This document shows, piece by piece, positions 36,427 through 47,115 of a DNA stretch of 64,000 nt. How positions within the stretch are numbered: the stretch's first letter is position 1; every line of letters starts with the position of its first letter. Source of the DNA: Leptogorgia sarmentosa (taxonomy: Eukaryota); assembly GCA_964658305.1 (NCBI GenBank), contig OZ210885.1:23250001-23314000 (forward strand), given 5' to 3'. A program made the translations under genes and the position numbers. The notes beneath the pieces are model-generated. The model was not told where the DNA came from. It made no database searches and worked only from the letters and a program-made list of their open reading frames with translations.

Positions 36427-38992
36427 TCATCGATAAGTGTGCAGTTTGTCAATAACATCCTGTTTGGGTGGTCGAGGGAGTGGTGCTATATTTTTGGCTT
36501 GTTTTTTTGGCTTGTATTTAAATTTCTTTCCTTCTTGACTTCGGATGACATCATTCATCATGCCTTCAATGTGACTGTATATTTTTGGAGTCTTAATTTC
36601 TTTAGCCACCCAGTTCTTCCACTGTTTGCCACAAGCAATCTTGTACCGTTGCTCATCTTCATTTGGCCCCTTACTCCCTTTCGCCTGAGTTCGATCCACA
36701 TTGGCATTGTGATCTAACACAGCTAGCTGAGTTCGAGCCACCATTCCATTATAACAAAAATGTTGACATTTTGGCACATATTTTGTCATAAGGGAATGAT
36801 AGGACTCTAACTCACCAGTGTGATGGAACTCTGTCAACCTTGCCAAATCATTGAGGAACTTCTTGTTGGTCATGACTTCTTCTAAAGCAACATGTGCTGG
36901 GGAACCATTTTCAAGCCAAAGAGTAGACTTTTGTTGTTTTGTGGTGAGTCGAGGATGTGCACATTGCTTGATCTTCTTGAACTCCTTGGATGCTTTCCAT
37001 CGATGCTTCCCAGTGATATGAAACAGCAAGGACAACCACTTCTCCTTCAGTGTATCAGCATTCCCCTCACATGTTGCAGAACACCACCACAAGTGATTTG
37101 ACACACTCTGGATCCATTGCAGCAACTCTTGACAGCTCTTCTTTTTTGCCTTCTTTGTCAATTTCTTGGTGACCCACTTACTGAGATGCCAAACATCATA
37201 CTGGTGGACGATCTTGGCGTAGTTGGTTCTCATCTTTGCTGTGATGGTGGTGTGGCGATCTGTTGTTAGACAACGAATGGGAACCTTTTTCTTGATTGTT
37301 GCATTAAGTGTTCTCTTACAGCCTTCATATTCCATGGCATTAGATGATGTAACCTCTGTCACTTGGACAATGTTAAAATCAACAATCAGTTTGGTTTTTT
37401 CATCCATTAGAGTGTATGTGCCATACTTGGCTGAATGACCAGGACTATCACACCGTCCATCACCACATAAATCAACACTGCGACTTTGTTTCAGCTGCTT
37501 AACCACTGCTTTCTGAGCATTTACCCAAGTGTGTTGCACCACAGGAAACAAGGTAGTCTTCTGGACACTGTAATAATGGGCAGAACTAACAAATTCCAGA
37601 TTTAGGTGCTTTGCGAAGTCTGCAATGTGTTGGTATGTGTTGCCACTAAACAGCACAGCAGCTGGTATTAACAGGTTTCATGCTGCAGTTCTACCAATCT
37701 GTGGTTGAGATTCCCAAGATACTCGGTGCCCATTAATGCAGTCAGTAGTGATTCTCACCATACTGCCCACAATTGTTTGAGTCGTTCTATCCAGAATCCC
37801 ACTGCAATTTTGACATCTTGTAAATAGTTTACTCAGCTGGCTTTCAAACACTATAAACTTCTTTTCTTCGGCATGTGTAGTACTAACTAAATGTTCATCT
37901 GTTTCAGAGTCATCAGACACTGGAGGACAATATGAAGGATCATCACTATCATCGTCACTTGGACAACCAAGATCTGGATCAGGTGAAGAACTGTGATTAG
38001 GATCTGGATCATGTGAAGAACTGTGATTTGTCGATTCTACAACAATCTCATTTTGGACATCATCATGTACAGCAAGTGGCATTTGTTCATCAAAGACCTG
38101 TATAGATGATTCTGCACAATGACATGATTCCATCATTTCTCTATTTTTGTCCAATGAAGGATTTTGACATGGCCCCAAGGAGTAATTATGGTCTTCTAAA
38201 TGGCATAGTTCGTTAATATCATCAGGATGAATTTTTGTGTTGCTGAGTTTATTGGGCCGTTTTTCAGTTTGGGTTCCAACAGATATAAACATCTTAATTT
38301 GTGGCTGGACCTGGACCTCTTTATCTAGATGCATAGGTTCACTAGAAATTGAACTGCAGATAGCTTCCATTGCTATTAAGTCAGCACTTGTGGCTTCACC
38401 AACTTCACCCATGTGGGGATCATCCACATCCTCGTCTTCTTCCAAAGTTGCAACCTGTAACATATTTTCGTCTTTGTTAAGTGTTCTTTGCATAATACAG
38501 CTGAGTTGACTGTAGTTTAACTATTTCATGCAACTTGTAGGTCATGTCAAGCAACCAATGCTTAAAATATTGTATTTAATGTTATAAATATTGCATTATC
38601 AATGCAAAATGTCAAGCAGCATCATTATAAAAATAACAAATTGAATGAGTACAAACCTGCCTCGCTCGATTTCTTATTTGTCTTTCACTGGATGGTCTTG
38701 TTTTGACTTCGTTGAGCTTACTTGGAAAGGCAAATAAAGTTGGCACTGCTGATGGTTTTAGCTTTTTTGGCTTCTTGAAGCCAGGAATTAATTCCACTGA
38801 TGGCTCGAAACTATCTGGCGTAAAATGTGCACTGCACACAAATGTATTCGAGCGCTGACGAGGATTCTCGCGGCGTATATTTCGCAGCCAAACACTTTTG
38901 AGCGGCCCATTTGGTAATCTGTGGTAGCTAATATCCGTCCCTTGGGTCTTTCGACTACCTTTTGTACATAAAGGTACGGCGCAATGCGGCAT
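36427..38992 (-). pseudogene. Kolobok THAP-DDE transposase, two exons, single in-frame stop
   Basis: THAP exon about 38992-38657 (CAVPLC..YHRLP..W..VCSAHF..AVPTLF). Exon 2 from about 38456: DHNYS, KKFIVFESQL, TGA at 37680-37678 in frame with NLLIPAAVLFSGNTY, then CGDGRCDSPGHSAKYG, TTDRH, YDVWH, HTGELESYHS, LAVLDHNAN. Confidence 0.9.
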
Positions 38993-39287
38993 TTTGCTTA
39001 AAGGAAACTTTGTTTTGAAAAATGATCTACGGGGCGCAGTATGTATTTAAATTTCCCACGCTATCGCGAAGCACTCAATGACGTCAAAAATTATGACGCT
39101 GACCAAATTCGCGCCTGCACGAGAAAGAACAACATGGCGTCAAAATATGACAAAATCGCGAACTTTGCCGAACGATTACTACTGTACTATAACGATTTGG
39201 GCCGAGAAACTTCAGGAACAATATATTTAAGGTATTATCTTCCATTTAAACCTAATTTGTTATTGGAGTGGAGTTCCCCTTTAATAA

Positions 39288-39395
39288 AACAGTTATTCCA
39301 CTCACTCTCGTCGAATATGCGCGATAGCCGATTCAACGCTAGGCGCCTCATCAGCTATCAGCTCATATTCCATTCGAGTTCGTAGAATAACTGTT
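39288..39395. repeat. Long imperfect hairpin, possibly the terminus of a non-autonomous Crypton-like element
   Basis: Outer arms AACAGTTATTC / GAATAACTGTT and inner arms GAATATGCGCGATAGCCGAT / ATCAGCTATCAGCTCATATTC. Confidence 0.6.
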
Positions 39396-42300
39396 ATATG
39401 TATATTACTCTCTTTTACAGGACCAAATCAATAAGAAATGTGCTTTTCTTGAAACCTATTTTACCAAGTTTAAAAAAGAAGGATGGACTAAATCATTCAT
39501 TAGATGGCTTGAAAAGGTTACAATTTTTAACGGTTTCAAATGAAATCAATAAAATAACACATACATAAACTTATATATGATTACATTATTACAGGGAGGT
39601 TGTTTCAACAAGGAGCAAATTTTCATACCAATTCATGACAATCTCCACTGGACAGTTTGTGTAAGCAATTATATCTGTAAATAAAACATAGATAGTAACC
39701 GCAAACAATATGTCATATTATATAATTATTTATACATGGTTGATATCGTATTACAGGTTGTTAATAAGTCCCAATGTCAGATCACATATTATGATTCATT
39801 GCTGGAAGATAATGTTGTAGGATATACATGTTGCAATCATTTGAAAACTGTCGGGTAATTATATGGTATTATGGTTGACGATACAGTTCTGATCATTGCC
39901 TTGTAGACTAGATGCATGCAGTTTATAGAAATATTTTCTACTTAATTGTCGTTTTTAGAGAATTATGCCTATAGGCCTACTAATGAAAAGTAACTAGGCT
40001 TATGTCATGGTTATATATTGTATTTCTTTCACCATCATAAAAATGTCATTTTTTAGGCAACTGGTAGAAAATCTGTTTGAAGATGTTTCCGCTTCCGCTT
40101 GGAATTACAAGATTGCGCAAGTACAGTACACAAAATCTTTCAGTTCTCAATTCGTTCACTATTTGCTTATTGAACCTTAAGGCTGGACCAATTGTCCGAC
40201 TATAGCTGTCCTACGGGGGTTCAAGCATCACAATATTTTCCTACATTAAATATAGGGGCTACCAAAACAAGGCAATGGTATTGATTGTGGGGTTTTCGTG
40301 TGTCAGGTATTGTGAATGAAAATTTGAACAAGTATTGAAACGTGTTGTATGTCATAATGTACCAAATATTTTTTCTACATTTCCCCTTGCAGTATATCAA
40401 ATGTATCGTTACCGGCAAATCATTTTCATTTTCTCAGGTTAGTGCCATAATTCACAGATTTACACAATTTACTTATTTGAATTCTTCAAGATATAACATT
40501 TTGACTCATTCGTCATTCCAGTCTGACATTAAACAACTACGTGAATCTATGGTTCAAGAAATTATGGCCAAGAAGTTATTCAGGTGCAAAATGTTTGAGA
40601 TTACTTGTACATTATACACTTCCTATTTTTTTTCTAATTACTCCTAAATGACTGAAGTGTTACATAAACGGAAGTATACAAAATGTCATTATTCTTTTCC
40701 AGAGAAACGAAGGAACAATCAGGTCGGTCGCCAGTTAGTCTACAAATGCTTTCCGTTCATATCACAGCCTCTGACACTAACGACAATGGAAGCAACATAA
40801 ACTCAACCCAATCATCTGCAACACGGCGAAACAGTGGTCAAACTCCAATTTCAAATGCACCCACACATGGGTACAAAAAAAGCAAGCACGAAGGCGATAC
40901 AGTCAAGAAAGAACGCAACGAAGAAACCCCATTATTGAAAATTGGTCAAACCTCAATTCTAAATGCGCCCAAAATGAAGACGTCAACATGTGGGCAAAAA
41001 AGTAGCAAGCAGGAAGGCGAAACAGCCAACAAAACGAAAGTGAGACCTAAACATAAAAAAGAACAAGACGAAGAAAACCCATTATTGAAAATTGGGCATA
41101 GATTCTATAACATTGAAGAAGTAGAAAGGGCTAAAGAGCTTTACGAACAAAAACATTTTTGTGAGTTATGGAAACGAGATTCAAGGACTCTGCAATCTAC
41201 AAAGAAACGTGTTCCAAAGCGTGTCAAACATGCAGAAATATCACTACAGTACTATTCTCTGAAACTCTCGTGTAAATTTGGAGGAAAAGCCATAGATTCA
41301 AAAAAAGTGAGGAAAAGGAAAACAAACTCATTCAGGCAAGGGTGCCCTTTTGAGATTTATCTGGTTTTGTCCGAAGATGGAAAGGCATTAGAAGTATCCA
41401 ATGTAACCCTGAATCATAACCACTCTCCATCGAAAGAATTATACGACCACCTTCCTCGTCAGAGACGCCTTGCGAAAGATTTACGACAACATGGCAAGGA
41501 CGTCTTACGGACGTCTTGAAAGCTAACAGTAAGATGTTCCAACAAGAAATCGAGTCTACAACCGGTCATGCAATAACGTTGAAGGACATAGTAAACTTGA
41601 AGTACGAAGACAAAAAGAAAAGTAACTCAAACGATATAGAAGAAGTTGTAAATTATTTGAAAACTCAAGATGGAGCTAATGTGGATGTTATTGTGGACCA
41701 AGAAGGGGACTTTAAGTGCTTGCTCTATCAGGACAGATATATGCAAAATGTTTACAGTTCTTTTCCAGAGCTCATTATGGTTGATGCTACGTACAAGCTT
41801 CTGGATTTACGCATGCCTGTTTACATTATGTTAGCGATAGACGGAGAGGGTTTAAGTGAAATTGTGGCCATATTTATAGTCTCTGAGGAAACTGATTTAG
41901 TAATAACTTCAGCAGTGGAATCGTTCAAAAAACATAATCCCGCCTGGAGCAAAACAGTAACAATTTTCTCGGACAAAGACTTTAATGAACGGCAAGCCTT
42001 CACCAAATGTTTTCCTCAAGCTAAACTATCACTTTGCCTATTTCACACCCTTCGTAGCTTCAAACGAGAAGTCACAACTGAAAAAATGGGAATTACAACA
42101 GATGAAAGGATACGATGCTTGGAAATTGTTACCCAGATTGTATACTCAAACTCACCTGCAGAGTATGATCGTCATGTTAAAAAACTCAGGGACACAAAAC
42201 TTCAATCTGTTATTCAGTACTACGAAAAAAACTGGGAACCGATAAAAGAGCAATTTGTTATGTGCTTCAAAAACTCTATTTTAACATTTGGGGAAACCAC

Positions 42301-43699
42301 TACTAATCGGTTAGAAAGTACGAATGCCAAAATCAAAAGCGTTTGTTCAAAGTACAGCAGCCTCCGCCAGTTCTTCGGTGAAATGTTCATTGTTCTGGGA
42401 GCTTTACGAAATGAGAGACGCCACAAGCAGCTCATGGCACTTTCATGTTTACCTACAGATTCTCAAAGTGGAGACACAGACATGCAAAAATATAGGATGT
42501 TACTGACACCGTATGCATACAAGAAACTTGAGAAACAAGCAGAAATTGAGCACAAAGTGAAAGTAACAAAAGTTATGCCAGACGGCTCAATTGTAGTTAA
42601 CAGTTCAATCAATTCATCACTCAAGGCTTCACCTGCGTCTTGTGAATGCAACTACGTTACGATGATTGGACTTCCCTGCACACACATTCTAAAAGCCAGG
42701 CGTATTCATAGGATGTCACAGTTTGACGAATCACTGGTGTCTAAAAGATGGACAAGGTGCTATTACAGGACGAGAACGAAAATGAAACCAACAGAAAATG
42801 TGTCAAGCACAGCTATGTTTGAAGTTACTAACATAAAAACTGAAGAGTCCAAGTGTTTAACTCAAGCACAGAAGTATAGAAAAGCAGGCAAATTGACAAA
42901 CTCTTTAGCTTCTCTTGCAAGCGAAGGTGGAATGAAAACCTTTTCGCATAGGATGATAATACTTCGAAAACTATTAAACATATGGATGGCAGGCAAAAAT
43001 GTCAATCTTAGTGAAGTAAATTCAACAGAAACCATGAAAAGAAAATGCCCCAGTCCTTTGAAAAACAAAGTTCCAAGTGATGGCACCGGTACCAAAAATG
43101 ACAAAAATGATAGCAAAGATAAAACCTTCACGTATATAAAGATGCCACCGAAAATGCTAAAGCGTGGTAGACCAAAAGGATCCGAACTAACAGTCATAGG
43201 GTTACCTAAAAAGAAGGCAAAAAAGTCAAAGATAATTCAGCCTTCCCGCAAAATTAAAGCAGAAGATAAAGATTGCATCTTGTTGGAATGCTTTGTGCAA
43301 CCGTTATCTGCCAAAAAAGCCATGGATGGAAAGTTATTGGCAAAACTCGAAATAACTGTCAGACTTAATTGTATTCCAGACATGATAAAAGATGAAGACA
43401 ATGTCGATATACATAGAGTTGAAAAGTACTTTACAAATGAGGCATGGGATCATATTCTGGATCTGGTTGCAAAAACTAAAAAAGAAGGTAAATGGATATG
43501 CCGTGGATGCAGGAAGGTCATCAAATGTGAAGACAGCGTTTCATGTGATAGATGTCTAATTGGTATCACCTACAGTGCACATCACTCAGCAAGATGCCAA
43601 AGAAACGAAACTGGTTTTGTGCACATTGCATTTCAAAATACACATAGATTATATATACAGTAGTTTAGCTTTGGCAATTCTGCACAGATGCTTTGTACT

Positions 43700-43752
43700 C
43701 ACCCAGAGGAATTTGGCCACACCCCCAAAAGTTCCCCCCCCCCCCCCCCCCC
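43700..43752 (+). repeat. Probable right terminus of the MULE element, followed by poly-C
   Basis: GGAATTTGGCCACACCCCCAAAAGTTCC + C-run directly after the transposase; G-rich start on the reverse strand as in MuDR termini. No partner TIR was found. Confidence 0.4.
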
Positions 43753-44050
43753 GACACATTTCTTGTATATTTTGATTTGATATTTGATTATTCTTACTAC
43801 TAAATCTGTAAAATTACGAATATTATGTCTCAGATGCTGCCGTGCAGGCCTAGAAAACAACTTTTTGAATGTTTTCTTTGGCCTTTCTGGGCATTTCCAC
43901 CAGGCCCTGGCCAAACCAGGCAGAAGCAACCCCCAACCCAAATATTTACCCCCTTCTCCCTAAACTAAAATATATAATCTGTCTCAGGTGATTCACTATA
44001 GCATAAATACCAACAAAAAACAGGAAGTCCTGTGATAAAATGAGGCTTAA

Positions 44051-44162
44051 CCTATTAAGTGCTAGTACAGTAGTGCTCCCCCCTTGGTGAAAAAAATTGT
44101 CCGGCATTACATAGAGTAAAATAATAAAGTGGGTGCACCAGCGTGCAATGTGACTCAATGGG
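44051..44162. mobile_element. Small TTAA-flanked piggyBac-like MITE, degenerate
   Basis: TTAA-CCTATTAAGT...ACTCAATGGG-TTAA, with imperfect terminal inverted repeats and a TTAA duplication. Confidence 0.55.
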
Positions 44163-44709
44163 TTAATACTTAATAACAACCTTTGTAATGATCCAATGAC
44201 TGTAGTATATCTAGAGGCTTGGAGTATCAATCCTCAAATTGACTGGCACATTATGACCAACATATATCAAAGTGACTATAATATATAGTGAATAAATTTA
44301 TATTGTATAGAAATATAGTTATATGTTGCGACGAAATTTATAGTGTACAGAAATATAATTATATGTTGAGACTTGGGACAAAACTTTCGGAAAAATGTCT
44401 GCGCAAACCGCATTTTGCGCCTTCAATGTTATAATTATAGTTTAGTTTAGACTTTAATATTAGTATACGACTGATAAAATACAAAATTACAAAGTTTTAG
44501 TTCAGTGATACAGTTTGTTTTGATTTAATCCGATATATGTATGTTTATCCGCCATTGATTATTTCGTATAGGCACTACAATGACGTCAACACGATTGCTG
44601 TATCGTAGTACTGGGAACAAGTTAAGAGCAAATGACATGCGCAGAAAAACTGCCGGCCATTTAGTATTTGATAAACCATGACCGGCTGCTGGCCATATAG
44701 TCACTTTGT

Positions 44710-46460
44710 TTAAAATAAATGGTTGAAAACAAAATAAATTGAGAGTATTTAAAAAATTATCAGTGTCTTGATGTGATTCAAACTTTAGAAGATCCAAATT
44801 AAAGTCACCCATCATAATACAGTACTTATTTTCTCTATGAATCTTATCTGTTATTTTATTCAAATATTCCATAAAATTTTGAATATTTCCATTTGGGTGT
44901 CTATAAATCACCCCACATATAATATTAGATTGTGATTCATTATCAATCTCTACCCACAGAGCCTCAAAGTCATTTGTTGTAACATTATCATTAGACCTTA
45001 TTGTAAATTTTAAATTTTCCTGAATGTAAAAACCCACACCTCCAGCATTGGAATTACTTGGTTGAGACGTAAAGACTACCCAGGTAAAGTTATGTTAGAA
45101 TCAAACTCTTGGTCAACTTTAATTTTGATTTCAGTAAGCCCCACAATTGAAAAAGGAAGGGGAAATTCATGTAGCATATTATGAAAATTATCAAAATTTG
45201 CTGCCAAACTTCTAATATTACAATGTAATGCAGAAAAATGTTTATTAGAAAAAGACTCATTTATATAATAATTATCATGAAATTCATGGGAAGTGTAGTA
45301 TTGAAAATTGGTATGTGAAGGAATATTATTATCAGCATCTAAATTATTAAGGTGATCTATGCTTCCAATGGAAGTAATCTCTAAGCTTGGTAAAGTATCA
45401 AAGTCAATATCTCGATTACCATCATTGTTGATGGTATCTTTTGGACATCTTAGACAAGTCATGATAGTTCAAAGCACACAAACAAATTAGGCAATGCTAT
45501 TTGGCATGCATGCATTCATTTATCAATGTTCTGCAATATACTTGCAGAACATGAACAAAGTAAGCAAGGTCAAAAAAAGCATGCATTCATTTATCAATCT
45601 TCTGCAAAATACTTGCATCAGTCACATGAATCACCTGACTGTTTTCATTTCGTCTCATGAAGATCTTCCCAGCATAAGTCCATAGGAATCTAAAGCCTTT
45701 ATCTTTCTTGATTCTAAGACATTCATTGAAGAGATCTTTATTTTTCTGTGTAAGGCTTTCATTGACAAAAATTCTATTTTCGCCAGAATATCCCAGATCC
45801 CGAGTAGTCATGTCTTTCAAGAGCTTTCTCGCCTGATAAAAACTCTCTCTCACGTCACGCTTCACAAATTTCACAATAATCCCTGGTGGCGTCTTTAAAT
45901 TATTTGCCATCTCATCTCTTGATCTTTTAACAGGAAGGCGGTGACTAGTTGATATATCATCCTTGTTTAGGTTAACACCAATCTTTTCTCCAAGTTTCAC
46001 CACAATATTGTTAGTATTTTCTCCTTCAACGTAAGGAATCCCTCTGATTTCAGCACAGTCCCGTCTTGTGTATTGTTCAAGACTATTAATCGAATCCCTC
46101 AGCATCTTAATTTGTTTTGATGCATCGAGAAGTTCAGCTCTTAAACTTGTGTTCTCAATTACCAAATCTTTCCTTTCCTGATCATATTTTGTCATTTTAG
46201 CGAGCAATTCATCATATTTATTACTTATAAAAGCCACCGATGTCTTTGTTTCTTCGATCGACTTACTTAATGGCGCTAACGCATTTTTCAATTTGTCCTC
46301 TAAAATTGATTCAAATTGTTGTGTTGTAATATTAGGCATGATAACAAAACACAAGTGCACAAATACGAGAAATACAATGAAATATAACATAAAATAGGTC
46401 AAATAATCATCAATTTGAAATCGATTTTACGGAGCTTTGGAAATGACCGCCATCTTCCAT
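44710..46460 (-). mobile_element. CR1/L2-group LINE, 5' half (5'UTR, ORF1, APE endonuclease), truncated
   Basis: 5' AAGATGGCGG motif near 46447-46456; ORF1; ORF2 pieces HCNIRSL, VGLTE, AGGVGFY, GVIYRHPN, MGDFNLDLL. Confidence 0.9.
45587..46402 (-). CDS. LINE ORF1p (coiled coil + RRM-like + FP25K-like C-terminus)
   Basis: LEQYTRRDCAEIRGIP, DISTSHRLP, IIVKFV, IFVNESLT, FRFLWTYAGKIFMR; frame open. Confidence 0.88.
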   Translation of the reverse strand: MTYFMLYFIVFLVFVHLCFVIMPNITTQQFESILEDKLKNALAPLSKSIEETKTSVAFISNKYDELLAKMTKYDQERKDLVIENTSLRAELLDASKQIKMLRDSINSLEQYTRRDCAEIRGIPYVEGENTNNIVVKLGEKIGVNLNKDDISTSHRLPVKRSRDEMANNLKTPPGIIVKFVKRDVRESFYQARKLLKDMTTRDLGYSGENRIFVNESLTQKNKDLFNECLRIKKDKGFRFLWTYAGKIFMRRNENSQVIHVTDASILQKIDK

Positions 46461-47115
46461 GCTCGTCCCAGTTGACAAATGTTGCTTCAGAGTTTGATTG
46501 GTTCGCTCATCCAATCAGTTTGTCTGGGGATGATAGACGCTGGTCACAGATCTTTTAACACCAAACTCTTTGCACAATACATCATTGACACAAACTCACG
46601 GCCCTGAAACTCACAGCGCTGATTTGACAGTAGCCGAGCTGGTGCACCCCATCTATAAAACATATACAGTAGTGAGGACCATTAGGTAGGGAAAAAAATG
46701 ATCAGCAAAACTCATGCAAAGTCAACCTTGATCTTGCCTATTTTAGAGACACATTTTATTACCTGCATGTAAATTTCTTGATGCATTTTGCAACAACATC
46801 AGCAGATTTATTTTTGATAGGATAAAAATCCACAAACTTTGTGAAGTAGTCTGTGAATGTGCAGACATATTTGAACCTGTCAAGTGTTGTTGGCAATGGC
46901 CCTAAAGAAATGAAAAAGGAACCTTAGAAATACATGCTTATTTGCGACCAGTGAGCAAGCACCAGCAAGCGAGCTGGGAGCATCCTAATTTTGACAATTA
47001 AGGATTTTAATATCCTGCTCACTCACATTCCCCTGGAACAGATTCACTGTGGCTCTTACAGTTTTGTTTTTGGGCAAGAAAGTTTTTGACAGAAGTTACA
47101 AGTTTCATCAAGTCA

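Larger units (their letters stand above)
35250..39280 (-). mobile_element. Kolobok DNA transposon 2 (4031 bp) with long TIRs, inside an intron of the Ulp1-MULE gene
   Basis: TTAA TSD at 35246-35249 and 39281-39284. 216-bp TIRs (35250-35465, 39065-39280) starting AGGGGAACTCCAC, about 6 mismatches. Confidence 0.93.
34130..43648 (+). pseudogene. Spliced fusion gene: Ulp1/C48-like cysteine protease + FAR1/ZSWIM-type DNA-binding domain + MULE transposase + SWIM + AT-hook + PHD; two frameshifts; 5' end missing
   Basis: Exons 34130-34187, 34278-34393, 34527-34577, 39421-39516, 39595-39660, 39757-39854, 40057-40120, 40256-40306, 40393-40437, 40522-40583, 40703 onward, all GT-AG and phase-compatible. 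Protease: LNDEIINFYL, IPIH..LHWT, YYDSL, PKQGNGIDCGVFVCQY. Transposase: VDATYKL, FSDKDF, LCLFH, TTNRLES. SWIM CECNY...LPCTH; KRGRPKG; C-terminal PHD. Frameshifts near 41510 and 43560. Confidence 0.85.

Noticed and set aside
35238..39385. Near-identical ORFs 35238-35468(-) and 39041-39385(+) suggesting a duplicated small gene
   Set aside because: They are translations of the two Kolobok-2 TIRs.
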